IMG/VR virus record: IMGVR_UViG_3300001598_001658
Coordinates: 32,001 to 96,000 of that record
Length of the DNA: 64,000 nucleotides
Reading direction: 5' to 3' (one strand)
Origin: a virus
Lineage: Duplodnaviria > Caudoviricetes
Shown here: positions 8,474 through 18,549 of the stretch, piece by piece
How positions within the stretch are numbered: the first letter of the stretch is position 1
Layout: every line of letters begins with the position of its first letter
Notes under the pieces: model-generated
What the model was told of the DNA's origin: nothing
Seen by the model: only the letters and a program-made list of their open reading frames with translations
The model's database searches: none
Program-made: the position numbers and the translations under genes

Positions 8474-9325
8474 ATGAATAAAAAGGAAAGTGATGGTGTT
8501 CTTTATGATCAAAAATTTGATATTAATCATATTATAGACGAAAAGTTGAAAGATCCGAATTTAAAATTAAAATTTGGAAATAATGAATTTTCTTTAGCTG
8601 AGATCAATAATCTTATCCCTTCTAAAGAGAAAAAGATTGATATGTTTATCGAATGGGATAATATGTGTCAATATTCTATTTTTGGAATAGTTTCTGTTAT
8701 AAATAGTCTTATTAAAGAAGATAGAAAATTTAATTTTCACGATTTCGTCAGAAGAGATAAATATCCAAACTCAATTGATTATGTTAAGAAAATAATTTAT
8801 CCTGATATAAAACCTGAATTAATAGATAAAACTATTAAGAAGTATTATGCTGAAATTATGTCAAAATCTCCAGTTACAAGTTTTTTTACTAAATTAAATC
8901 TTATGAAATTTATGTTGAATTCTGTAACTTTCATGTTTAGATATGAAGTGGATGGTCTTGATAAATTAATATCGGAGATATCAGAGGATAAATTTAATAA
9001 TGAAGTCACCTGCAAATATTCTGTTTATCCTTCAGAAGAATATGAAATAGAAGCAATAAAGAAATTGCCATTAAAAGAATTATACGTTGTTCCTGATATG
9101 GGTTTATATTATCAAACTATGATGGAGAACGATAAAGAATATTCTACTATATTATCATATAGAGATCATAATGGAATGAATCCTATTATTCTTGCATATT
9201 ATTTTGAAGAATTTATTAATAATGGACTTGATGGTCCAAATAATATAAGTCTTGATTTTCTGAGGGAATATAATCCGACGGAAGAAGATATTAAAAAAGA
9301 GGAACAAAAAAATGACAGATGTTGA
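8474..9325 (+). CDS. hypothetical protein
   Basis: 283-aa ORF, AGGAG RBS, overlaps the RNAP gene start. Confidence 0.75.
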   Translation: MNKKESDGVLYDQKFDINHIIDEKLKDPNLKLKFGNNEFSLAEINNLIPSKEKKIDMFIEWDNMCQYSIFGIVSVINSLIKEDRKFNFHDFVRRDKYPNSIDYVKKIIYPDIKPELIDKTIKKYYAEIMSKSPVTSFFTKLNLMKFMLNSVTFMFRYEVDGLDKLISEISEDKFNNEVTCKYSVYPSEEYEIEAIKKLPLKELYVVPDMGLYYQTMMENDKEYSTILSYRDHNGMNPIILAYYFEEFINNGLDGPNNISLDFLREYNPTEEDIKKEEQKNDRC

Positions 9326-10958
9326 TATACTTTTTTGTGATAAATGGGCTATTGATAATCATATCCCAGAAGTAAAAAATGGAATTATGTTTACACAAAA
9401 ATCCTCTGAACCTGATCCTGATGGTTTGATTTCATATCAGATTTTTGGAGCACCAGGTACAATGGAAAGAAAAAGAAGCTGGGGTTATATTGATTTAGTT
9501 AATAAATTTGTTCATCCTCATGTTCTTTATGAGTTATGTAGATACCAAGCTAATTATAAAATTCTTATAAATGGTAATGAAGATTTCTTTGTAAGTCCAG
9601 TTACTGGAAAAATGACAATGGTTACACAAAAAGATCCTGTTCCAAATGGCACTATGCATGGAACTGGTGTAAGATTTTTATATAAAGTGTGGGATAAAAT
9701 TAATTTTGATACAACAGGAATTACATCAAACTCAACAGTAATGCGTTTGAAGTTTTTATCTTCTTTAAAGAAAGAAGAAGTTTTCATGAGCAAACTTCCA
9801 GTTATTCCTGCATTCTATAGAGATATGAGTTCTAATAATGAACGTGTATCTGAAATTAACACTATGTATCGTAAAGTATTAGGTAATGCTGCGGCACTTA
9901 AATCGTCTTCAGGTATGCTTGAAATCTTTGGAACCACATCATCTGATAGAAAGATTCAAGATGCATTAACAGAAATTTATCAATATTTTATTGATATTAT
10001 TGGTGGAACAAAAGGATTTATTCATAGAAACGTAATGGGTAAAGCAACAGATTATTCTGCTCGTGCTGTTATTTCTATGCCTAAATATGATAGTAATACA
10101 TTTGAAGCTGCCGAAGTTGATTTTAAAACATCAGCTATGCCTCTTTGTACAATTTGTAAATGTTTTGCACCATTCATCAAATACGGTCTCAGACAACTTG
10201 TAAATAAAATCATTGCTGGAAATAACTTTATCTATGCTATTGATCAAAAAACTAAAGAAGTAATGCGATTGGAATTAGCTATAGATTATATGGATGATTT
10301 CGATTCAGATCACATTGACGATTTGATTCAGCTTTATGATACATCGTACGAATATCGACTCGAACCGTTATATGTGCGTGTAAAAGATAAAACTATTGAA
10401 AAAGTACCATTGATGTTTTTTACCCCCGACAATGAACAAGCTGTTATGACAGAAGCCAGTGATGAAATGAAAGTTAATTCAAAGTATACTATTAGACCAA
10501 TGTCTGTAACAGAAGCATTATATATTGCGGCTTATAAAACTTGTTATAATAAATGTATGTATATTACTCGATATCCTATCGAAGATCAACATAATATTTA
10601 TCCAACAATGTTTAATATTATACCATGTACTAACACTGAAAAGAGAATCGTGTTGGGAGATGAATATCCAAGATGGCCAATTCTTTCAGATGATAGAGAA
10701 CATGCACATGATCTTAACTATTTATTTGTCGATACTGTACGTGTTTTCCCTACATTCTTAAAAGCTCTTGGTGGAGACTTTGATGGTGATCAGATTTCCA
10801 CACAGGGTGTATTTACAGAAGAAGCAAATGAAGCTTGTAGAAAATATATTACAAGTAAAATGAATATCGTCAATGTGTCTGGTGGTACAATGCGTGAATT
10901 TGCAGAGATCTCTCAAGTTGGTCTCTTTAATTTAACTTTTAGATATGAAAACAAATAA
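9312..10958 (+). CDS. rpoC: RNA polymerase beta' subunit, N-terminal/catalytic part (probably virion RNAP)
   Basis: Motifs PDGLISYQIFG...GYIDL, PVIPAFYRD, GKATDYSARAVIS, RYP and catalytic GGDFDGD. Confidence 0.9.
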   Translation: MTDVDILFCDKWAIDNHIPEVKNGIMFTQKSSEPDPDGLISYQIFGAPGTMERKRSWGYIDLVNKFVHPHVLYELCRYQANYKILINGNEDFFVSPVTGKMTMVTQKDPVPNGTMHGTGVRFLYKVWDKINFDTTGITSNSTVMRLKFLSSLKKEEVFMSKLPVIPAFYRDMSSNNERVSEINTMYRKVLGNAAALKSSSGMLEIFGTTSSDRKIQDALTEIYQYFIDIIGGTKGFIHRNVMGKATDYSARAVISMPKYDSNTFEAAEVDFKTSAMPLCTICKCFAPFIKYGLRQLVNKIIAGNNFIYAIDQKTKEVMRLELAIDYMDDFDSDHIDDLIQLYDTSYEYRLEPLYVRVKDKTIEKVPLMFFTPDNEQAVMTEASDEMKVNSKYTIRPMSVTEALYIAAYKTCYNKCMYITRYPIEDQHNIYPTMFNIIPCTNTEKRIVLGDEYPRWPILSDDREHAHDLNYLFVDTVRVFPTFLKALGGDFDGDQISTQGVFTEEANEACRKYITSKMNIVNVSGGTMREFAEISQVGLFNLTFRYENK

Positions 10959-10969
10959 AGGAGAATAAA

Positions 10970-13900
10970 ATGTCATATACACCTGAAAATAAGGCGGATA
11001 TAAATGTTTCGGATCTTAAGCTTCAAGCTGATGGTTTGATTGCTGCGGACTCGTATAACTTAATACCGACTTTTTTTGAAAAATATAAAGATAAACTTAA
11101 AGAAATCTCTGATTCTGTTAATAATATAGTAAAATCATATGGATTTAATAATAAAGCGAATGCTGATATTATTAATCCATTAAAAAACTATAATAGGGTC
11201 CTTTTAAATACTATTGATACTAGATCTATTCAAAGTGGTGTCATGGATGTACAACCTTCCAATCTTGATTCTGGTATTAGATCAATTGTAAACGAAGATA
11301 CTGGAACAAATGTAGAAGAAGGAATTATTGGATCTTTCCAAAAAATTACATCTGAATCATTTGCTCTTATGGATGAATATCGTATTTCATGCGAATTAAT
11401 TCCTGAATTAAAACGTGTTATTAAATTAATCGTTCGCGATATAATTAATGCTAATGAAATTACAAAACGTAGTATTCATGATGTTTATTCTATCCCTGAC
11501 GACGATACCGATGAAACTGATGACGATGTTTCTAAAATTAATAAACTTATTGATACAGAAATTACTGCAAAATATCATATTGAAGAAAAGCTTGAAACTT
11601 GGTTATATGAGGCTTTAACAACTGGTGCTAAACCATTATTAGTTTTACCTTATAAAGATATCATTAAACAAGCTCTCGCACTTTCTGGATGTCAGAATAA
11701 AGATGGTGCATTTGTAACAAAGAGTAATCATACACAAACTGGTACAAATGTAGCTATGTCTATGGAAGATTTGGATAATATGTCTTTTGAAACATTTGAA
11801 GAATTCGGTATTGAAAATATCGATCCTTTTAAAGTTGAAAAAGAATTGAAATCTGAAAAAGTATATAAACAAAATGGAATTAAACGTAGATCAAAATATA
11901 AATATCAATCTCAAGAAGATTTTGAAGATTATGAAAAATCTGTAGAAAATTTTGTAGGTGATATTATTGATGATAATATGATTGATACATTCTACGAATC
12001 TGGTCTTGAAGAATTATATTCTCGATATGCTATCGAAAAAAAGAAAGCAGATGATGAATGTGTACTGAGACATACACATGGTGTTGAAAGTAATGAAGAA
12101 GAAATTTATAAAAAATCTAACAATATTAAAGACTTTATTGATAAATTAAATAAATCAAATGAAGAAAAAGAAAAAACTAATGAAGAAAAAGAAGAAGAAG
12201 CTGAAAAAATAGACGAAGAACACATTAAAACAAGTATCCGTCATCAGCTTTCGGAATTTGTTTGTAAAATCGATAAAAATATAAATATTGTCAATGATGA
12301 CTATTCTGCTCTTTCTCTTGGTAAATCAAATTTAAATAAACGTATTACTAAGAAAAAGTTAGAAAAGAACTTTATTGATGGTATTTATGTAAAAGATGTA
12401 GAAGATTTAAAAAGTATTTCTGATGATTTTGATGGCGAAGTTCTTATTAGTGAACTTAATCCAGAATATGTAATTCCAGTTTCAATCGGTTCTCAGCATA
12501 TTCAGTATTATATTTATGAAGCAGAATCATATCAAGGTGCTACAGCTTCGTCTAGTAGAAAATCGACATCATTTGCAAATATCGTAGCTTCTACTGGTTA
12601 TGGTAATGATAAAGCTGTTATTTCAGCATCAAATGGCGTTTCTATTACACCTAACGATCCTGCACTTTCATCAGTATTTAATCCTGCAAATTTTGGTAAT
12701 ATCAATATGCCAATTCAAGGAAATGATATGATGGAAAATAATTCAAGAGTAGATATTATGAAACAGATTGTTTATCGTACTCTTGCTAAACGTATGGCGG
12801 ATCCATCATTATCTGAAAATAAATCATTTACAGATGCAATTATGAATCTTATGAGACAAGGGTATATTATAAATAGAGAAATCAAATTTACATGTGTACC
12901 TGCAACAAATGTCGTATATCTTGCTCACGATATTGATGATAAAGGTTTACCGCATTCTATTCTTGATGGTACTTTACTTCAGATCTATATGTATCTTGCT
13001 GGCATTGTATCGATGACAATGAATATTGTAAACAAATCTTCTGATAAAGAAAAACTCGAAGTTAATATGGGTATGAGTCATCAAATTGGTATGACACTTA
13101 TGGAAATCCAGAAACAGCTTTCTACTCGTAATATTCATGTAAAATCATTCTTTAATAATATCGGATCTGTATTGAGAAACGTAGCGACATATTCACGATA
13201 CTCTATTCCTGTTGTTGATGGTGAAAAATTATATGATATTAATACAGTAGAAAAGAATAGCGATTCTCCTATTGATACAGATTTTATTGAAAAACGATTA
13301 TCAAGTGTTCTCTCCTCATTACCTGCTCCTCCAGCAATTCTTAATATGATGCAAGAAGCAGAATTTTCAAGATCTATTGTAAATCAGAACTTAGAGTATA
13401 GAAATTCTATTAATGAAAAAGAATTTACATTTGGTAAACAGTTGACAAAACTTTATCGATTGATTGCATTATACACTCATTTGGCAAGACCTGTTTCTCC
13501 TGAAGATAAAGAACTTCAATCAGAAACAGCAGATGAAGAAAAAAATAGCGAATTACGAAGAGTTAATATTAAGAATATGAGTGTTCGATTTGTAAGTCCT
13601 ACATATCTTAATATGACAAATATTGCGGAAACATTTACTAATATGGAACCTGTAATCGAATCATTTGCTAAATATTTATTTGATGAAGATGCAGATACAA
13701 AACTCGAAAAAGATTTAATCCAGAGATTTAAAAAGGAATGTGTTAAACATTTTGCTGGTAATATTGATTTCGATTATTTTGAACGAATTGCTGAACAGAT
13801 TAAAGCTAATCCTGTTGAAGATATAGCTGAAAAAGCTAAAGAAAAGGTAATGGCTAAAAATCTCGAAGATATGTTAAATGGTGAAATTACAAGTGATTCT

Positions 13901-13975
13901 TCTTCAGGTGGAAGTGATAACTTTGGTGGCGGTGAAAGTTCAGCCGATGATGAAGAAGACGATTTTAATTTTTAA
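10970..13975 (+). CDS. probable portal protein
   Basis: About 1000 aa in a late operon; helical segment YRISCELIPELKRVIKLIVRDII and PHSILDG/EFSRSI motifs resemble jumbo-phage portals; acidic insert with S/G-x-E sites. Confidence 0.55.
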   Translation: MSYTPENKADINVSDLKLQADGLIAADSYNLIPTFFEKYKDKLKEISDSVNNIVKSYGFNNKANADIINPLKNYNRVLLNTIDTRSIQSGVMDVQPSNLDSGIRSIVNEDTGTNVEEGIIGSFQKITSESFALMDEYRISCELIPELKRVIKLIVRDIINANEITKRSIHDVYSIPDDDTDETDDDVSKINKLIDTEITAKYHIEEKLETWLYEALTTGAKPLLVLPYKDIIKQALALSGCQNKDGAFVTKSNHTQTGTNVAMSMEDLDNMSFETFEEFGIENIDPFKVEKELKSEKVYKQNGIKRRSKYKYQSQEDFEDYEKSVENFVGDIIDDNMIDTFYESGLEELYSRYAIEKKKADDECVLRHTHGVESNEEEIYKKSNNIKDFIDKLNKSNEEKEKTNEEKEEEAEKIDEEHIKTSIRHQLSEFVCKIDKNINIVNDDYSALSLGKSNLNKRITKKKLEKNFIDGIYVKDVEDLKSISDDFDGEVLISELNPEYVIPVSIGSQHIQYYIYEAESYQGATASSSRKSTSFANIVASTGYGNDKAVISASNGVSITPNDPALSSVFNPANFGNINMPIQGNDMMENNSRVDIMKQIVYRTLAKRMADPSLSENKSFTDAIMNLMRQGYIINREIKFTCVPATNVVYLAHDIDDKGLPHSILDGTLLQIYMYLAGIVSMTMNIVNKSSDKEKLEVNMGMSHQIGMTLMEIQKQLSTRNIHVKSFFNNIGSVLRNVATYSRYSIPVVDGEKLYDINTVEKNSDSPIDTDFIEKRLSSVLSSLPAPPAILNMMQEAEFSRSIVNQNLEYRNSINEKEFTFGKQLTKLYRLIALYTHLARPVSPEDKELQSETADEEKNSELRRVNIKNMSVRFVSPTYLNMTNIAETFTNMEPVIESFAKYLFDEDADTKLEKDLIQRFKKECVKHFAGNIDFDYFERIAEQIKANPVEDIAEKAKEKVMAKNLEDMLNGEITSDSSSGGSDNFGGGESSADDEEDDFNF

Positions 13976-13988
13976 TTAACTATTATGT

Positions 13989-14017
13989 TGGTACCCGATT
14001 ATTCGGGTACCATTTTT
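13989..14017 (+). terminator. intrinsic terminator
   Basis: Stem TGGTACCCGA/TCGGGTACCA plus T tract. Confidence 0.7.
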
Positions 14018-14047
14018 GAACGTTTTAATATAATAGGAGAAAATTAT

Positions 14048-14809
14048 ATGAAAAAAAATATTTTTTTATTTATATGCATTTTATTCACATTTAATCTTTT
14101 TGCTGAAATGCTCTCTATCGATTTAGACGATTCAGAATTACCAATTGCAACAAAAGAAGAATATAGAGAACTTATTGTGCATGATTATTATACTTTATCG
14201 TATAGAGAATTTTATGAACAAGCAGAGTGGGTAATGTATGTTATGCAACCAAGTGGATACGCTAAAAGATCCGATGATTTTAGATCCGATCCTATGGTTT
14301 CAACACTATCGGCTACACCTAATGATTATAAAAATTCAGGATATGATAAAGGTCATTTAGCACCGGCAGCAGATTTTAATTTTGGTGATGATGCTATTAG
14401 TCAAACATTTTTTATGAGTAATATGAGTCCACAACATCCTAGATTAAATAGAGGTTCATGGAAAAATTTAGAAGAATATTTTAGATTTTTATCAGAAAAA
14501 TTTGATAAGGTATATGTAATTACTGGACCAATATTAGGTAATGATGATGAGAGAGAAAATTTTGGTAGTATTGGACGAAATGATGTAGCTATACCTAATT
14601 TGTATTATAAATGTGGTTTATTTATAAAAGATGATCAATATTATATGATTGGATTTATTATACCTAATGAAGAAAAACTTAGACCATATCAGCATTATCA
14701 GGAAAAAATAGATACTATAGAATATTTAACAAATTTAGATTTATTTTCTTTTTTACTTGATGATATAGAAGAAGAATTAGAATCTAGTAATCCTGACTTA
14801 ATTTATTAA
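14048..14809 (+). CDS. exported DNA/RNA non-specific endonuclease (NucA/EndoG, His-Me finger)
   Basis: YDKGHLAP, TFFMSNMSPQ, LNRGSW; signal peptide MKKNIFLFICILFTFNLFA from ATG 14048 after AGGAG. Confidence 0.9.
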   Translation: MKKNIFLFICILFTFNLFAEMLSIDLDDSELPIATKEEYRELIVHDYYTLSYREFYEQAEWVMYVMQPSGYAKRSDDFRSDPMVSTLSATPNDYKNSGYDKGHLAPAADFNFGDDAISQTFFMSNMSPQHPRLNRGSWKNLEEYFRFLSEKFDKVYVITGPILGNDDERENFGSIGRNDVAIPNLYYKCGLFIKDDQYYMIGFIIPNEEKLRPYQHYQEKIDTIEYLTNLDLFSFLLDDIEEELESSNPDLIY

Positions 14810-14955
14810 TTAAAATGCATCTAGCCATTATTTGGCTAGACAGATATTTTTATAATTTATAATGTTAATACTAAATATTTTTTTAAAGAATATGATAAAA
14901 ATAAACATTATAATAGCTAACGGTTATAAGATAAAATATATAGGAGAATTACTAT

Positions 14956-17571
14956 ATGAAAGTTGTAAAACGTGATGGCAGTATTGAAGAAAATACAGGA
15001 ATAGTTGAGTATAACCTCGGTTTGATTACATCAGCTATTACAAAAGCCAATAATTCGGTTACTCAGAAAAAAAATAAAATGACAAAAGCTAAGATTACAG
15101 AGGTCGCAAAAAGTATTGATTATGTAATCAAAGATACATCACCTGAGGGGATTCCTAAAGTTGAAATTGTCGTTGGATATAAAGATGATGAGAAAAAAAC
15201 CGAAATTAAAGATTACGTTGTTGAGATCGAAGACATTCAGGATTTAGTTGAAAATAAACTTATTGAATTCGGATGTATTGCGGTTGCTAAAAATTACATC
15301 AAATATAGAAATGAAAGAACTCGTATAAGGGAACAGAAAAGTGAACTTTATCGAGAACTCCTTAAAAAAGGCAATGCTGAAGATGTTCAGAATCAAAATG
15401 CTAATGTAGACGAGCACTCCTTTGGAGGTCGTAAAGGTGAAATGGATAATGTTATCATGACTAAATTGGCTCTCGACTGGATGACCGAGGAAGAAAGAGA
15501 TAGCTTTTATAATAATGAAACATATCCTCACGACAAAGACTGGCTTTTCTTAGGTGCTCATAACTGTATGTCAATTACTTTTGATGATCTTATTAATGAT
15601 TACGGATTTAACACACGTCAAACTGACGTTCGTGTATCAAATTCTCTTAATACTGGTTATCAAATGCTTGCAGTTGGATCTCAATTACAATCATTACAGG
15701 AATTTGGCGGGGTGTCTGCAACACATGTTGACTCTACTTTGGCAGTACAATTAAGAAATTCTTTCTACAAACACTATAAGGATGTAAAAAATATTATTCC
15801 ATTTGTGAATAATAAATTAATTATTCCAGGTGAAGCACGAGACGTTCCTATTCTTTCAAAAATTTATAGAGGTGGAATTTTTAATATTTTTAAACGTTAC
15901 ATGTTCTATAAAGCAGTTGAATTAACTATTAGAGAATCTGATCAGGGTGCAGAAGGTCTTTATCACAATTTAAATACTCTTCAATCTAGATCGGGCAATC
16001 AGTTGCCATTTACTTCTATTAACTATGGTCTTGATACTACACCAGAAGGAAGAATTATAACTAATTCTTTACTTAAAGCTTCTATGAAAGGTCTTGGTAA
16101 ATATTATAGAACTTCTATCTTCCCTTGTGGTATTTTCCAGTTAAAGAATGGTGTAAATTTAAAACCAGGTGATCCAAACTATGATTTAAAACTTAAAGCA
16201 TTGGAATCAACTGTAAAAAGATTTTATCCAAATTATGTAAACTGCGATTGGTCAGTTCAAGTTGCAGGAATTAAGAAAGATCGTGAAATTAAACGAAATG
16301 TAATTAATAATCTTCTTACACAGGATGTAAAAGAAAATCTTATCAGTATATTTACCGTACATCCAGAATATGCAAAGAAAATCAATTTGGCTGTTTCTAA
16401 TGGTTCATTGATTGTTACAGATGAAGTTAATCCAATGGAAGAAGCTTCAACTATGGGATGTCGTACATACAATGGATTTGATATTAACTTTGATGAAAAA
16501 TATTTTAAATCACTGTTACTTAAAATCGTTAAAACTGAAAAACTTCCTAAAAATTATTTGTATTCTGGCATGCAGAAAGATGGTAGAGGTAATATTGCTC
16601 CTCACACAATTATTCTTCCTACACTTGCTATGGAAGCAGTAGAAGAAAGTAAAGAAACTGGTGAAGATGTAATAGAAGTATTTATGAGAATTCTTGATAA
16701 AAATATCGATCTCACAAAGAGATTCCTTATTAGAAGATTTAATCATATTGCTTCTCAGAAAATGGAATCAGCTAAATTTATGTACGAAAATGATATCATG
16801 AAAGGATATGTTCCGGAACAGGGTATTAGAAGTGCATTAAAACATGGTACATTAGCTATCGGTCAGCTTGGTCTTGCCGAATGTCTTCAGGCACTCATTG
16901 GATGCGATCATACAAAACCTGAAGGTATGGAATTAGCTAAACGTATTGAGCAACTTTTTAAAGATCGCTGTGATCAGTATAAAGAAGAATATAAGCTTAA
17001 TTTTGGTGTATATTTTACACCTGCTGAAAATCTTTGTTATACCGCATATAAAAAGTTTGTTAAACGTTATGGTCTTATTGAAAACGTATCTGCTTATCGA
17101 GATGAAAATGGTAAACTCGTAGAACGCGGATATTTTACAAATAGTATTCATGTACCAGTTTGGGTTCGTATTGATCCGATTGAAAAGATTGATATTGAAA
17201 CACAGCTTATTCCATATTCATCTGCGGGTAGTATTTTATATATCGAAATTGATAGTAAAATGCAGAATAATATTAAAGGCATTGAAGATATTTTGGATTA
17301 CGCTATATCTAAGGATGCTTCTTATATTGCTTTTAATGTACCAGCAGATCAGTGTCTTGATTGTGGTTTTATTGGTGATTTTAGTGCAGAATGCAAATGT
17401 ACAAAATGTGGATCGACAAATATTCTTATGCCAGCTAAGGTTACAGGATATCTTACAGGAGACTGGAGATATTCATTTAATCACGGAAAACAGGATGAGA
17501 AACGAGATAGATTCAAACATAGTACAATTGCAAACACTTTAGCTATGAAACATATTTTGGGGATTGCATGA
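14956..17571 (+). CDS. nrdD: anaerobic (class III) ribonucleoside-triphosphate reductase
   Basis: ATP cone MKVVKRDG, MGCRT, TPAENL, CxxC...CxxC, glycyl-radical KVTGYL. Confidence 0.95.
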   Translation: MKVVKRDGSIEENTGIVEYNLGLITSAITKANNSVTQKKNKMTKAKITEVAKSIDYVIKDTSPEGIPKVEIVVGYKDDEKKTEIKDYVVEIEDIQDLVENKLIEFGCIAVAKNYIKYRNERTRIREQKSELYRELLKKGNAEDVQNQNANVDEHSFGGRKGEMDNVIMTKLALDWMTEEERDSFYNNETYPHDKDWLFLGAHNCMSITFDDLINDYGFNTRQTDVRVSNSLNTGYQMLAVGSQLQSLQEFGGVSATHVDSTLAVQLRNSFYKHYKDVKNIIPFVNNKLIIPGEARDVPILSKIYRGGIFNIFKRYMFYKAVELTIRESDQGAEGLYHNLNTLQSRSGNQLPFTSINYGLDTTPEGRIITNSLLKASMKGLGKYYRTSIFPCGIFQLKNGVNLKPGDPNYDLKLKALESTVKRFYPNYVNCDWSVQVAGIKKDREIKRNVINNLLTQDVKENLISIFTVHPEYAKKINLAVSNGSLIVTDEVNPMEEASTMGCRTYNGFDINFDEKYFKSLLLKIVKTEKLPKNYLYSGMQKDGRGNIAPHTIILPTLAMEAVEESKETGEDVIEVFMRILDKNIDLTKRFLIRRFNHIASQKMESAKFMYENDIMKGYVPEQGIRSALKHGTLAIGQLGLAECLQALIGCDHTKPEGMELAKRIEQLFKDRCDQYKEEYKLNFGVYFTPAENLCYTAYKKFVKRYGLIENVSAYRDENGKLVERGYFTNSIHVPVWVRIDPIEKIDIETQLIPYSSAGSILYIEIDSKMQNNIKGIEDILDYAISKDASYIAFNVPADQCLDCGFIGDFSAECKCTKCGSTNILMPAKVTGYLTGDWRYSFNHGKQDEKRDRFKHSTIANTLAMKHILGIA

Positions 17572-18137
17572 AATTAGCCGCTATTAATCCTACAGACTTT
17601 GGTAATTCAATCGATGGTGTAACAATCAGCGTATGGGTCCAAGGTTGTCCTCATCATTGTCCTGGTTGTCATAATAAAGATAATTGGGATTTTGATGATC
17701 CAAATTACCCTGAAATAAAAGATGAAGATCGAATTATTCATCGTATAGTTGACATGATGAGTGAAGAGGGAATTGAAAAAAATCTCTCTATTTTGGGCGG
17801 AGAACCGTTAGCACCGCAAAATGAAAATTTTGTCTTACGCCTTATTCAACATGCAAGAAAAGAAAAACCAGATTCATCTATTTATTTATGGACTGGTTAT
17901 TCTATGTCTGAATTAAATGTAAAATATTTTAAAGACAAAGAAAAATTCGATTCATTGTTAATGGTCGACTATCTTATTACAGATAGATTCATCTTAAGTA
18001 GACGAAATCTTTCTTTGAGTCTCCGAGGATCAGACAATCAACATATATGGCAACCTATCAAGAAGTTTAAGTTTTTCGGAAAATATCAATTTGTTGATAT
18101 AACCGACAAGATAGATTGTAATATGAATAAAAAATAA
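17568..18137 (+). CDS. nrdG: anaerobic RNR activating radical-SAM enzyme
   Basis: QGCPHHCPGCHN, LGGEP, LRGSDNQ; ATGA overlap with nrdD. Confidence 0.95.
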   Translation: MKLAAINPTDFGNSIDGVTISVWVQGCPHHCPGCHNKDNWDFDDPNYPEIKDEDRIIHRIVDMMSEEGIEKNLSILGGEPLAPQNENFVLRLIQHARKEKPDSSIYLWTGYSMSELNVKYFKDKEKFDSLLMVDYLITDRFILSRRNLSLSLRGSDNQHIWQPIKKFKFFGKYQFVDITDKIDCNMNKK

Positions 18138-18177
18138 ATATATATTATTTATTAGATCAAAAGTTAAAAAGGGGAAA

Positions 18178-18441
18178 ATGATGGACGATTTTAAATTAAT
18201 TAATCGATTCTCAGTATTATCTGAACAGCTTGTCGATAATAAAATTGACAAAGAAACATTCAAAAAAGAAGTTGATTTGCTCGCAAATCTCGCAGCTCTT
18301 CCTATCATAGGGGAGAAACTACGAGTTATGGGTCAAAATACAATTGCCGATTTTGAATATCATAGAAATAAGAGATATTTGTACAACGGAAATATGATAA
18401 ATATTTCTGATTCTATAGTTTCAGAAGAATTCTGCGATTAA
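18178..18441 (+). CDS. hypothetical protein (putative early gene)
   Basis: AGGGG RBS, ATATATTAT upstream, terminator downstream. Confidence 0.7.
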   Translation: MMDDFKLINRFSVLSEQLVDNKIDKETFKKEVDLLANLAALPIIGEKLRVMGQNTIADFEYHRNKRYLYNGNMINISDSIVSEEFCD

Positions 18442-18457
18442 TAAAAATGTTCATATA

Positions 18458-18494
18458 AATAAACCTGGAGCATTTGCTCCAGGTTTATTTTTTT
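18458..18494 (+). terminator. intrinsic terminator
   Basis: Stem AATAAACCTGGAGCA/TGCTCCAGGTTTATT plus T tract. Confidence 0.8.
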
Positions 18495-18549
18495 ATACTT
18501 TCTTTAACTATACAATATAAATTATTATCTTTAATGGAGGATAAATAAT

